The notes under the pieces are model-generated. The model worked only from the letters and a program-made list of their open reading frames with translations, did no database searches and was not told the DNA's origin. The translations under genes were made by a program, and so were the position numbers. From positions 72,915-136,914 of the forward strand of contig CAVPZH010000016.1 in the NCBI GenBank assembly GCA_963710125.1: DNA of 64,000 bases. Reading direction: 5' to 3'. Positions 27,879-36,628 of this stretch are shown piece by piece. The DNA comes from an uncultured Actinomycetes bacterium. GTDB taxonomy: Bacteria > Actinomycetota > Thermoleophilia > Gaiellales > Gaiellaceae. Position 1 is the first letter of the stretch, and each line of letters opens with the position of its first letter.

Positions 27879-28712
27879 ATGAAACGGAATCTCCGCAGGC
27901 TCGTACCGCTCGCGTTCCTCGTCGTAGCCGCCGGCCTCGTCGGTGCGGTGCTGGGTGGGACAGGGACCGGTTCCGCCGCGACCGCCGCAAAGCCGACGAA
28001 CCAGACGCCGCCCACCATCTCGGGCAAACCCGAGGTCGGGGAGAAGCTGACCGCGAAGGAAGGCCAGTGGACCGGTAACCCGACCGACTACGACTACGCG
28101 TGGCGTCGCTGCGACGCCGACGGCGGGAGCTGCTCGCTGATCAGCGGAGCGAACGAGAAGACGTACACGCTCAAGGCGGTCGACAAGGGGAACACGATCC
28201 GCGTCCGCGTGACCGCGCAGAACGCGGACGGCCGCACCACCGTCACGACGGTGCCGACGGCCGTGATCCGGGAGGCACCGACGCCTCCGCCGCCTCCGCC
28301 GCCCGCCACCGGCTGCGATCGCCAGGGCTCGGGCCCCGTCGCGGTCGCCGAGGTCGATCAGCCCAACCGCCTGTCGATCGACCGCCAGTCGATCGCGCCG
28401 CCGGTCGTCGGCGGCTCGACCAACGAGGTCGTCGTGCGGTTCCACGTCTCGGCGTGCGGCGGCAAGCCCGTCCAGGGCGCGCTGGTGTACGTCACCGCCG
28501 TGCCGTACAACCAGTTCTCCGTGCCGAACGAGACGCCGACGGGCGCCGACGGATGGGCGGAGCTCCGGATGGGTCGCCTGCGCGGCTATCCGGCCACGAG
28601 CCGCCAGCAGCTGCTCGTGATGTTCGTCCGCGCGCGCGGGCCGGGCACCAACGTGCTCGGTGGAATCTCCACGCGCCGGCTCGTGTCGTTCCCGGTCAAC
28701 CTGGGCCGGTAG
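27879..28712 (+). CDS. Secreted protein with an Ig-like repeat (GxWTGxPTxYxYxWxRC type), a poly-Pro linker and an uncharacterised C-terminal domain
   Basis: Signal peptide MKRNLRRLVPLAFLVVAAGLVGAVLG, an RBS-like GAGGGGAG upstream, and the block EGQWTGNPTDYDYAWRRCDADGGSC. Confidence 0.8.
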   Translation: MKRNLRRLVPLAFLVVAAGLVGAVLGGTGTGSAATAAKPTNQTPPTISGKPEVGEKLTAKEGQWTGNPTDYDYAWRRCDADGGSCSLISGANEKTYTLKAVDKGNTIRVRVTAQNADGRTTVTTVPTAVIREAPTPPPPPPPATGCDRQGSGPVAVAEVDQPNRLSIDRQSIAPPVVGGSTNEVVVRFHVSACGGKPVQGALVYVTAVPYNQFSVPNETPTGADGWAELRMGRLRGYPATSRQQLLVMFVRARGPGTNVLGGISTRRLVSFPVNLGR

Positions 28713-28723
28713 CGGAACAGCTC

Positions 28724-28756
28724 GAGGGGGCGGCGAACGGGGATCGCCGCCCCCTC
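28724..28756 (+). terminator. GC-rich hairpin downstream of the secreted-protein gene
   Basis: Perfect 12-bp stem GAGGGGGCGGCG / CGCCGCCCCCTC with a 9-nt loop, starting 12 nt after the stop. There is no clear U-tract. Confidence 0.4.
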
Positions 28757-28809
28757 GGGGTCGACTCGCTCGACCGGCTCGGGGGCGAACCCAGTAGCGT
28801 TCGCCCCCG

Positions 28810-29961
28810 ATGGCCGCTCGGGACGACCTTGCCGGGAAGACGCTTCGCGCGGGCGTCGTCGGCACGGGATTCATCGGCGTCGTCCACGTCGACGCGCTGC
28901 GTCAGATCGGCGTCGAGGTGGTAGGCGTGGTCGGATCGACGCCGGAGCGGGCGGCGGCGAAGGGGATCGCGCCCGCGTACGAGAGCTACGAGGCGCTGCT
29001 CGCCGACGACCGGGTCGACGTCGTCCATCTGACGACGCCGAACGACCTCCACTACCCGCAGGCGAAGCAGGCGCTCGCGGCCGGAAAGCACGTCGTCTGC
29101 GAGAAGCCCCTGGCGATGACGTCGGCCGAGTCGGCAGAGCTCCTGGAGCTCGCCGAGCGGTCCGGGCTCGTCCACTGCACGAACTTCAACATCCGGTTCT
29201 ATCCGCTCGTCCAGGAGGCCCGCGCGCGTGTCCGGGCGGGCGACCTCGGCGCCGTCTGGAACGTCCACGGCACGTACCTGCAGGACTGGCTGGCGACGCC
29301 CGAGGACTGGAACTGGCGGCTCGAGCCCACCAGGGGAGGAGAGCTCCGCGCGGTCGGTGACATCGGCTCGCACTGGATGGACCTCGCACAGTTCGTCACG
29401 GGCCGCCGGATCGCCGAGCTCCTGGCGGATCTCGCGACGGCCATCCCCGTCCGGCGACGTCCGGTGGGCGAGGTCGAGACCTTCGCCGACGCCGCCGACG
29501 TGGAGCGCGTCGACGCGCCGATGGCGACCGAGGATCTCGCGCACATCCTCGTGCGCTTCGAGGACGGAGCCCGGGGCTCGTGCGTCCTCTCCCAGGTGAG
29601 CTTCGGTCGCAAGAACGCACTGAGGCTCGAGGTGGACGGCTCGCTCGGCGCCCTCGCCTGGGACGGCGAGCGACACGAGGAGCTCTGGCTCGGGCATCGG
29701 GACCGCGGCAACGAGCTGCTCCTGCGGAACGCCCCGCTGATGCGGCCGGAGGCCGCGCACCGCACGCGGCTGCCCGTCGGCCATGCGGAGGGCTTCGTCG
29801 ACACCTTCCGCGAGCTCTACCGCGCCGTCTACGCGGACGTCGCCCGCGGCGGCCCGTCCGAGGAGCCGGACTACCCGACCTTCCTCGACGGGCACGTGCA
29901 GAACCTCCTCTGCGACGCCGTCGCGCGGTCCCACCGCGACAGGGCGTGGGTACAGCCCTGA
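28810..29961 (+). CDS. Gfo/Idh/MocA-family NAD(P)-dependent oxidoreductase
   Basis: LRAGVVGTGFIGVVHVDAL Rossmann start and the EKPLA motif (VVCEKPLAMT). Confidence 0.9.
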   Translation: MAARDDLAGKTLRAGVVGTGFIGVVHVDALRQIGVEVVGVVGSTPERAAAKGIAPAYESYEALLADDRVDVVHLTTPNDLHYPQAKQALAAGKHVVCEKPLAMTSAESAELLELAERSGLVHCTNFNIRFYPLVQEARARVRAGDLGAVWNVHGTYLQDWLATPEDWNWRLEPTRGGELRAVGDIGSHWMDLAQFVTGRRIAELLADLATAIPVRRRPVGEVETFADAADVERVDAPMATEDLAHILVRFEDGARGSCVLSQVSFGRKNALRLEVDGSLGALAWDGERHEELWLGHRDRGNELLLRNAPLMRPEAAHRTRLPVGHAEGFVDTFRELYRAVYADVARGGPSEEPDYPTFLDGHVQNLLCDAVARSHRDRAWVQP

Positions 29962-30031
29962 GGCACGAGGCGGGTTGCGACGTCCGGCGGCCGGGTAGGA
30001 CGCCACTCACCACACGAGCAAGGAGGTCCCC

Positions 30032-30232
30032 ATGAGCGTCGCCAAGGTGATCGAGATCACCGCCTCGTCCCCGAGGAGCTTCGCGGAGGCGGCGCGTGCC
30101 GGCGTCGCGAAGGCGTCGGAGAGCGTGCACGGCATCAAGGGCGCCTGGGTCTCGGAGCAGTACGTGGTCGTGGAGGGGAACGCGATCACGGAGTTCCGTG
30201 TGACGATGCGGATCAGCTTCGTGCTCGACTGA
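30032..30232 (+). CDS. Dodecin-family flavin-binding protein
   Basis: 66 aa, MSVAKVIEITASSPRSFAEAARAGVAKASESVHGIKGAWVSEQYVVVEGNAITEFRVTMRISFVLD, which matches the size and pattern of dodecins. Confidence 0.8.
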   Translation: MSVAKVIEITASSPRSFAEAARAGVAKASESVHGIKGAWVSEQYVVVEGNAITEFRVTMRISFVLD

Positions 30233-30240
30233 TCCGAGCC

Positions 30241-30290
30241 GAGGCAGACCTCGGGCCCGTGCTACGAGGCAGACCTCCGGCCCGTGCTAC
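30241..30290. repeat. Tandem 25-bp direct repeat (2 copies, 1 mismatch) in the 67-bp spacer upstream of the PAS histidine-kinase gene
   Basis: GAGGCAGACCTCGGGCCCGTGCTAC (30241-30265) and GAGGCAGACCTCCGGCCCGTGCTAC (30266-30290). Confidence 0.85.
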
Positions 30291-30299
30291 AAGGGGTGC

Positions 30300-31712
30300 G
30301 TGACGACGCAGCCCGCCGACCGGGGCCTGGATCGCTCGGCCACGAACGAGTCGACCGCACGCGCCCTGGTGGCCGCGATCCCGGACCCGATCTTCCGCAT
30401 CGGGATCGACGGCCGCTATCGCGGGTTCAAGGTCGACTCCGAGCTCGACCTGCTGACCGCGCCCGACGAGGTCATCGGCCGCACCGTCCACGAGCGCCTG
30501 CCCGCGCACATCGCCGACGACGTGCTCGCCGCCGGACGCCGCGCAGTCGAGGAGGGGGTGGTCGAGCTCTTCGAGTACTCGCTCGAGATCCGCGGCGAGC
30601 TGCGCGACTACGAGTGCCGGGTCGTCGCGTGCGGGCCCGACGAGTTCGTCGTGATCGTCCGCGACTTCACGGAGCGGACGCGCCAGGCCCGCGAGCTCGA
30701 GCGCGAGCGCGACTTCAGCTACGCGGTCGTGCGCTCGACTCCGAGCTTCCTGTCGCTCGTCGACGAGGAGGGAACGATCCTGGGCGTGAACCGCGCGCTC
30801 GAGCGGGCGGCCGGCCTCCCGGAGGAGGCGTGGCTCGGCCTGCCCTTCTGGCAGCTGTTTCTCGCGCCGGAGGACGCGCCACGGGCGCAGGAGGACTTCG
30901 ACCGGCTGCGCAGCGGAGAGCCGCGCGGCGTCGTCGAGTACGAGCACGTGTCCGTCGACGGAGAGCGACTCGTCGTGGACTGGACGGCCACCGAGGTGCC
31001 CGGCGAGGCGGGCGAGGCGAGGTACCTGCTCTGCGGGCTCGACCAGACGGCGCGCAAGCACGTGGAGGACGAGATCCGCCGGTCGCGGGCACGGATCGTG
31101 TCGGCGAGCGACGCGGAGCGGAAGCGGCTGGAGCGGAACCTCCACGACGGGGCGCAGCAGCATCTGGTGAGCGTGTCGCACGCCGTGCACCTCGGCGTCC
31201 GCTTCATGCGCACCGATCCGGAGCAGGCGGAGGAGCACCTCGAGCGGGCCCTCCTCGAGCTGAACGCCGCGCACGAGGAGCTGCGCGAGCTGGCGCGCGG
31301 CCTGCACCCGCAGATCCTCACGGTGCGGGGGCTGGCGGCTGCGGTGCGTGCGCTGGCCGGCAGGGCGCCGATCCCGGTGACGGTCGTCACGACGGACGAC
31401 GCCCAGCGGTGGCCCTCCGCGATCGAGAGCGCCGCGTACTACGTGGTGGCGGAGGCGCTCACGAACGTGACGAAGTACTCGGGCGCCACCGCGGCCACCA
31501 TCCGGGTGCTGCACCGTGACGACCTGCTCTCGGTCGAGGTCGCGGACGACGGCCTGGGCGGCGCTCGCGCGAGCGAGGGCTCGGGTCTCGGCGGGTTGAA
31601 GGACCGGGTCGAGGCGCTCGACGGCGTCTTCCTCGTCGAGAGCGCGCCGGGTGCGGGAACCCGGGTGCGCGCGGATCTGCCGCTCGTCCGGCCGGGAGCC
31701 GGTCCCGCTTGA
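30300..31712 (+). CDS. PAS-domain sensor histidine kinase (HisKA_3/NarL-partner type), with no adjacent response regulator
   Basis: Two PAS-like segments, the H-box LERNLHDGAQQHLVS and the HATPase blocks (YYVVAEALTNVTKYS, GSGLGGLKDRVEALDG). Confidence 0.85.
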   Translation: MTTQPADRGLDRSATNESTARALVAAIPDPIFRIGIDGRYRGFKVDSELDLLTAPDEVIGRTVHERLPAHIADDVLAAGRRAVEEGVVELFEYSLEIRGELRDYECRVVACGPDEFVVIVRDFTERTRQARELERERDFSYAVVRSTPSFLSLVDEEGTILGVNRALERAAGLPEEAWLGLPFWQLFLAPEDAPRAQEDFDRLRSGEPRGVVEYEHVSVDGERLVVDWTATEVPGEAGEARYLLCGLDQTARKHVEDEIRRSRARIVSASDAERKRLERNLHDGAQQHLVSVSHAVHLGVRFMRTDPEQAEEHLERALLELNAAHEELRELARGLHPQILTVRGLAAAVRALAGRAPIPVTVVTTDDAQRWPSAIESAAYYVVAEALTNVTKYSGATAATIRVLHRDDLLSVEVADDGLGGARASEGSGLGGLKDRVEALDGVFLVESAPGAGTRVRADLPLVRPGAGPA

Positions 31713-31746
31713 CAGCCGCCCGGACTCCGTGATTGGATTGCCGCGT

Positions 31747-31788
31747 CGAACCCCGTAGCTCTTCGGAGTCGCGGGGTTCGGCATTTTC
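31747..31788 (+). terminator. Rho-independent terminator after the PAS kinase gene
   Basis: Perfect 9-bp stem CGAACCCCG / CGGGGTTCG (31747-31755 and 31772-31780), with an inner CTC-TTCG-GAG mini-stem, followed by GCATTTTCG. Confidence 0.6.
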
Positions 31789-31821
31789 GTGGTCCCGGAG
31801 GGCCGCGGCTAGCCTTCGTCG

Positions 31822-32832
31822 ATGCGCCACTTCAGGCGGCTCACGGCGTCGTGGCCGGCGCGCATCGGTGTCGCGCTGCTCCTCGCAGTGGCGATCGCGG
31901 CGACCGCGAGGCTCCTGGTCGAGCGCGGCACGGAGACCGCCCCGCCGCCGCCGACGGAGACCTCGCCGCCTCCCACGAGCCCTCCCCCTCCTCCGACCAC
32001 GACGGCTCCCCCTCCTCCGACCACGACGGCTCCCTCTCCGCCGACTGAGCCGACCCCACCGCCGCCCGCGGCCGTGCCGTTCTCCTGGAGCTCGGCCGGC
32101 GCTTTCGTCTGGCACGAGACCGACCTGGAGCCGACGCTGCTGGGTCGCGTGCTGCGCGAGGCCGGCTTCGGGTGGGTCGCCGTGAGGCTCCATGACGGCC
32201 TCGACGAGGACCCCGTCGAGGCCGACTGGGTGTACCGCTTCCGGCTCGCGAGTGGGCTCCCCGTCGGCGGCTGGGGTGTCCTCCGCACGGATCCCGAGGG
32301 TGAGGCCGCGCTCGCCAGCTCGCTCGTCGAGCGCTACGGCCTCGACTTCTACATCGCGAACCCCGAGGTCGAGTACGAGTTCAGCGGCGCCGACGGTCCG
32401 AGCGCGGAGCGGAGCGGCCGGTCGGCACGCTTCGTCCAGGCGTTCCGCACGCTGCGGCCGGCGCCGTTCCCGGCAGGGCTCTCCTCGTACTGCCGGCCCG
32501 ACCGCCACGACATCGACTGGGCGGCCTGGCGGCAGGCGGGCTTCGCATTTCTCCCCGAGGCGTACGTGAACGACATCGGCGCCGACGGCGCACCGGCATC
32601 GTGCGTCGAAGGCGCGCGCGGCGTCTTTCCTCGTGCGGAGATCCATCCCACGATCGGCATGCACGTGGGTCGTCGAGGCTCGCTCGACGTCGGCACCTAC
32701 GTCGAGTTGCTCGCCCAGGCCGGGACGCTCGGCTTCTCGGTGTACCTCGCGGAGACGCGTATGACGGACGCAGACTGGCAGGCCCTCGGGGCCGCGATCG
32801 CCGCGCGGGGGATCGCAGCCCCGATCGGATGA
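31822..32832 (+). CDS. Membrane-anchored protein with a Pro/Thr-rich linker and an uncharacterised extracytoplasmic domain
   Basis: N-terminal TM segment (WPARIGVALLLAVAIAATARLLV), then PPPPTETSPPPTSPPPPPTTTAPPPPTTTAP.., then a 240-aa globular part with good codon usage. I do not recognise a family with confidence. Confidence 0.7.
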   Translation: MRHFRRLTASWPARIGVALLLAVAIAATARLLVERGTETAPPPPTETSPPPTSPPPPPTTTAPPPPTTTAPSPPTEPTPPPPAAVPFSWSSAGAFVWHETDLEPTLLGRVLREAGFGWVAVRLHDGLDEDPVEADWVYRFRLASGLPVGGWGVLRTDPEGEAALASSLVERYGLDFYIANPEVEYEFSGADGPSAERSGRSARFVQAFRTLRPAPFPAGLSSYCRPDRHDIDWAAWRQAGFAFLPEAYVNDIGADGAPASCVEGARGVFPRAEIHPTIGMHVGRRGSLDVGTYVELLAQAGTLGFSVYLAETRMTDADWQALGAAIAARGIAAPIG

Positions 32833-33006
32833 CCCTTTCGAGCGGTCGAGAGGCAGTCAGAACCAGGACCTGAGCCGGATACATCCCTCGAACGTGCGGT
32901 TCGAGCCCCCCTTGCGGGGGATGAGCCGTGCGGGGAGCGCTGCCTATGGTGTGCGTCAACCGGCACTGCCGGCCAGGCGGCAACACAGGGGAGGGAGTGC
33001 GGGGCC

Positions 33007-34631
33007 ATGGATTCGCGGCGTGATGATCGCCGGACGTCGACTCGACGCCGCATGCGGGAGCTCGCGGCGATCGGAGCCGCGCTCCTCGTCGTGCCGCTCG
33101 CCGCGCTCGCCGGACTGAAGATCCCGATCGACGCAGGCGCCCTGGCACCGGTCTTCACCCTTCCGCACAGCGCCCTCGGCCATGTGCGCTCCGCGGCGTC
33201 CGGAATCGTGCAGCTCGCCCGTCCCGGCGAAGCCCCCGGCCCGGACGACCCACTCGCAGCCGCGCATGGCGGGCGAGGGCTGCGCACCGCGCCCATGCGG
33301 CCCCCCGAACGGGAGGCGGGCTGGACCGCGTTCGTGGCGGCGCCCCCCGCCCCCGCGGGGCCGGCGCAGGCACGCGAGGCCCCGCACGGCGATGCTCCAG
33401 ACCATCACTCGGGCTCGTCCGGCTTCCCGGGTGAGCCGCTGCGTCCGCCCGCCAGGTACCGGGACGACTACCCGGCCCCGGCCGCCCCGAACGCGGGTGG
33501 CCGTCCGGCTGCTGCGCCGACCGCGCCGGTCGCGGGCACGGGCGGCCCGACGCCCGACCGCACCCCGCGGGCGAAGGGCAGCGCTCCCGCCGACACCGGC
33601 GTACCGGTCGGCCCCGTCGACGACGTCATCCCTCCGCCGCCCCCTACCGGCGACGCGCACGGCTCGCTCCCGTCCCCGCCGGCCGGAACCGCGGACGACG
33701 GACACGTCGCCGGGTCACAGGGGACGGACGAGGGCCACCCGGTCGAGGGCGGTGGAGACTCCGGCCAGGGCTCGCAGACGCCGGGTCCTGCCGGGCCAGC
33801 CGACGGGGGTGAGGCCGGTGCCGGTCAGGAGCTCGACGCGCCGCCCGACCCGGACGCGACCGACGGCGACGGCCAGCCCGCCGACGAGGTCGGCGACCAG
33901 GATCAGGGCGGCGAGCCCGAGGCCGGACACGAGCCCGGCGAGGGCGGCGACCACGGGAACGGGAACGGGAACGGGAACGGGAACGGGAACGGGAACGGGA
34001 ACGGCGAACGGGAACGGGCAACGGCCACGGCGAAGGTGGAGACGGCCACGGCCGGGGTGGCGGCGGCGAGCACGGCGGAGACCACGGTCACGGCGACAGC
34101 CACGGGCACGAGCACGGTCAGGGTCACGGAGCCGACGGGAACGACCACGGCACGAGCGGCGGCGATGACGGCGACGGCCACGATGCGGGACCGGCGCATG
34201 ACGGCGACGCGCAGGGAGCGGACGGCGACGGCGACGGTGCCGACGGTGAGGAAGCTGCCGGGCACGGCCGGGGCAACGGAAATGGCGACGGGAACGGCAA
34301 CAGCCAGGGCGACGAGCACAGCAAGGGTCAGGGCAACGGCAACGGCCAGGGCGACGAGCAGGGCAACAGCCATGACCAAGGCAACGGCAACAGCCAGGGG
34401 AACGGGAAGGGCCAGGGCGACGAGCACGGCAACGGTCAGGGCAATGGGAACGGCAACGACCAGCGCGACGAGCAGGGCGACAGCCATGACCAAGGCGACG
34501 GCAACAGCCAGGGCAACGGCAACGGCCGGGCGACGGGCGAGGACGCGGTGCTCGCGGGGCCGCTCGTGCTCATGGCGCTCGTCGGATGCGGTGGTCGCCG
34601 TCGTCTCGTCACCGGACGGAAGGCGTCGTGA
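33007..34631 (+). CDS. Low-complexity His/Asn/Gly/Asp-rich envelope protein with N- and C-terminal hydrophobic anchors. As sequenced it needs a net frame change at 34006-34019.
   Basis: Frame 1 from the ATG at 33007 gives a TM/signal segment (LAAIGAALLVVPLAALAGL), a P/A/G-rich then acidic region, and ..GDHGNGNGNGNG. After extra bases g34006 and c34019 the same theme continues in frame 3 with preferred GC3 codons (NGHGEGGDGHG..HGHGDSHGHEHGQGHG..GNGNSQGDEH..). That frame has no start codon for about 200 codons. It ends AVLAGPLVLMALVGCGGRRRLVTGRKAS* with a TGA at 34629-34631 overlapping the next gene's GTG. Confidence 0.55.
33955..34002 (+). repeat. Perfect hexanucleotide microsatellite (GGGAAC)x8, encoding (Gly-Asn)8
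   Basis: Eight uninterrupted GGGAAC units were counted directly. They are followed by degenerate units containing the two frame-breaking extra bases. Confidence 0.95.
34290..34530 (+). repeat. Imperfect 42-60-nt coding repeats (GNGNSQGDEH / GNGNGQGDEQGNSHDQ units)
   Basis: Recurrent GGCAACGGCAACAGCCAGGGCGACGAGCA-type units read in frame 3. The antisense strand gives an artefactual hydrophobic ORF (33903..34493). Confidence 0.8.
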
Positions 34632-36628
34632 TCTTCGGCCGGCGCGACAGGACGCCCTCGAGGCCCTCCCCCCGGCTCGTCCTGCGCTTCACCCTCTTCA
34701 CCGGAGCCGCGCTCGCGATCGCGAGCGCCGTGATCTTCGTGATGGTGCGCAGCTTCGTGACGGCGCAGGCGCAGGATGCCGTGGAGCAGAACACGCGGTT
34801 CGTGGCCCAGGCGGTCCTCGCCCGTCGACTGACGCCCGCCGACTTCACGGGGCCCATCTCCCCGAGACGACGTGCGGCGCTCGAGCGCCTGTTCCGACAG
34901 CAGGTGATGATCGAGGACATCGAGTCTGCGGCGCTCTATCGCGCCGACGGCCTGCGGACGTTCGGGACGACGAAGCGCGGGGTCGGAGGCGAGCTCGGCC
35001 CCCTCGACCGTGGAGCGGTGCGTTCGACGCTCGGCGGGCAACGCATTCGCACCGCCGTGGTGAAGGAGCGCGCGTCCGGCGGCGCCTCGCGAACCGTCAT
35101 GCAGCAGCTCGTGCCGATCTGGTTCGGCGACCGCGCGGCAGGCGTCCTGGTGACCGAGCGGGACTACGCTCCGATCGCGCGGTCGGTGAGAGCGACCTTC
35201 GTCCCCATCGCGCTCGTGCTCGAGGGGCTCCTGCTCGCGCTGTTCATCTCGCTCTTCCCGGTGCTCCGGCGCGCGACGCGCCAGATCGACTCGCACATGG
35301 AGGAGATCGAGCACCAGGCGCTGCACGACAGTCTGACCGGCCTCCCGAACCGGGTGCTGTTCCAGGACCGGATCGAGGTCGCGCTCGCGAACGCGCGCCG
35401 CAACGGAGGAAAGGCGGCGGTCCTGATCCTGGACCTCGACGGCTTCAAGGAGATCAACGACGCGCTGGGCCACGCCAGTGGCGACGAGCTCCTCCGAGAG
35501 CTCGCCGTTCGACTCCGGGGCACGCTCAGAGACACCGACACCGTCGCTCGCCTCGGCGGAGACGAGTTCGGCATCGTGATGCCCGCCGACGGCGAGGACG
35601 ACGTGCGCGAGACCGCCCTGCGCGTCCACGACGCCGTCGAGGAGCCCTTCGAGATCGGTGGGGTCGCGCTCGCGGTGAAGACGTCCGTCGGCGGCGTCCT
35701 CTTCCCCGACGACGCGACGGACTCGGACACCCTCGTGCGCTTCGCGGACGTCGCGATGTACGCCGCCAAGCGCAACCGGAGCCGTATCGAGCTCTACACC
35801 CCGGCGGCTGACGTCTCGAGCCGCGAGTCGCTGACGCTCGGCAGCGAGCTGAGGCGCGCGCTCGACGAGGGCGACATCGTGGCCCACTACCAGCCCAAGG
35901 TCGACGTCGCGACCGGCCGCGTCGTCGGCGCCGAGGCACTCGTCCGCTGGGACCATCCCGAGCGCGGCCTCGTGCTTCCCGCGCAGTTCCTTCCGCTGGT
36001 CGAGAAGGCCGGTCTGACCGGGTCGCTCACGACGCTCGTGCTCCGCGAGGCGACCGCGGAGGCGGCGGAGTGGGCGCGCCAGGGTCTCCACCTGGGCATC
36101 GCGGTCAACGTCGACGTCCACGCCCTGCTCGATCGGTCGTTCCCGGGGCGTGTGGAGCAGATCCTCGACGAGATGGGGCTTCCAGCCGAGCTGCTCACGA
36201 TCGAGCTCACCGAGACGTCGCTGATGGCCGACCCGGTTCGTGCGGGAGCCGTCGCCCGGGAGCTCTCCGCGATCGGGGTGCGGCTGGCGATCGACGACTT
36301 CGGCACCGGCTACTCGTCGCTCGGGCACCTGACGGCGCTCCCGCTCGCCGAGCTCAAGATCGACCGGTCGTTCGTGGGCCGGATGGCGGAGAGCCCCACC
36401 GACATGGCGATCGTGCGCACGATTCTCGACCTCGGCACCAATCTCCAGCTGTCCGTCGTCGCCGAGGGAATCGAGTCGCGCGGCACGAGGGCGATCCTCG
36501 AGCAGCTCGGGTGCGGGCTCGCGCAGGGCTACGAGTTCGGGCGGCCGATGCCGGCCGCGGCGCTGACCGCCTCTCTGGTGGCGTCCCGGCAGAAGAGCAC
36601 GGCCACCGTGCTGCGCCTCACCGCCTAG
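34628..36628 (+). CDS. Membrane-bound sensor with GGDEF (diguanylate cyclase) and EAL (phosphodiesterase) domains
   Basis: The GTG at 34628 overlaps the frame-3 stop (GTGA). It has two TM segments flanking a domain of about 170 aa. The motifs are LGGDEFGIVM, GAEALVRW, the DDFGTGYSSL block and QGYEFGRP. Confidence 0.85.
   Translation: MIFGRRDRTPSRPSPRLVLRFTLFTGAALAIASAVIFVMVRSFVTAQAQDAVEQNTRFVAQAVLARRLTPADFTGPISPRRRAALERLFRQQVMIEDIESAALYRADGLRTFGTTKRGVGGELGPLDRGAVRSTLGGQRIRTAVVKERASGGASRTVMQQLVPIWFGDRAAGVLVTERDYAPIARSVRATFVPIALVLEGLLLALFISLFPVLRRATRQIDSHMEEIEHQALHDSLTGLPNRVLFQDRIEVALANARRNGGKAAVLILDLDGFKEINDALGHASGDELLRELAVRLRGTLRDTDTVARLGGDEFGIVMPADGEDDVRETALRVHDAVEEPFEIGGVALAVKTSVGGVLFPDDATDSDTLVRFADVAMYAAKRNRSRIELYTPAADVSSRESLTLGSELRRALDEGDIVAHYQPKVDVATGRVVGAEALVRWDHPERGLVLPAQFLPLVEKAGLTGSLTTLVLREATAEAAEWARQGLHLGIAVNVDVHALLDRSFPGRVEQILDEMGLPAELLTIELTETSLMADPVRAGAVARELSAIGVRLAIDDFGTGYSSLGHLTALPLAELKIDRSFVGRMAESPTDMAIVRTILDLGTNLQLSVVAEGIESRGTRAILEQLGCGLAQGYEFGRPMPAAALTASLVASRQKSTATVLRLTA

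Noticed and set aside
33903-34493. Minus-strand 196-aa highly hydrophobic ORF (AVALLVALVVAV..), which could be mistaken for a membrane protein
   Set aside because: It is the exact antisense of the GGC/AAC/GAC/CAC-rich coding repeats (GTT/GCC/GTC/GTG codons). It is therefore a mirror artefact of the low-complexity gene on the plus strand.
33955-34530. Possible CRISPR-like or other non-coding repeat array
   Set aside because: The units are 6 nt, or irregular at 42-60 nt, with no unique spacers of constant length. They lie inside a coding frame with strong codon bias. There are no cas genes in the window.
34590-34631. Sortase (LPXTG/LAXTG) sorting signal at the C-terminus of the surface protein
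   Set aside because: The tripartite layout is there (..GRATGE, a hydrophobic helix, RRR), but the pentapeptide does not match LPXTG or LAXTG. I only call it a C-terminal membrane anchor.
34006-35811. Continuation of the 934-aa frame-1 ORF (TATATARAT-like sequence) beyond the GN repeat
   Set aside because: It is rich in rare AGG/ACA/GCA codons from about 34290 and overlaps the GGDEF-EAL gene out of frame for 1.2 kb. The alternative frame 3 has preferred codons, a sensible C-terminal anchor and a GTGA stop/start overlap.
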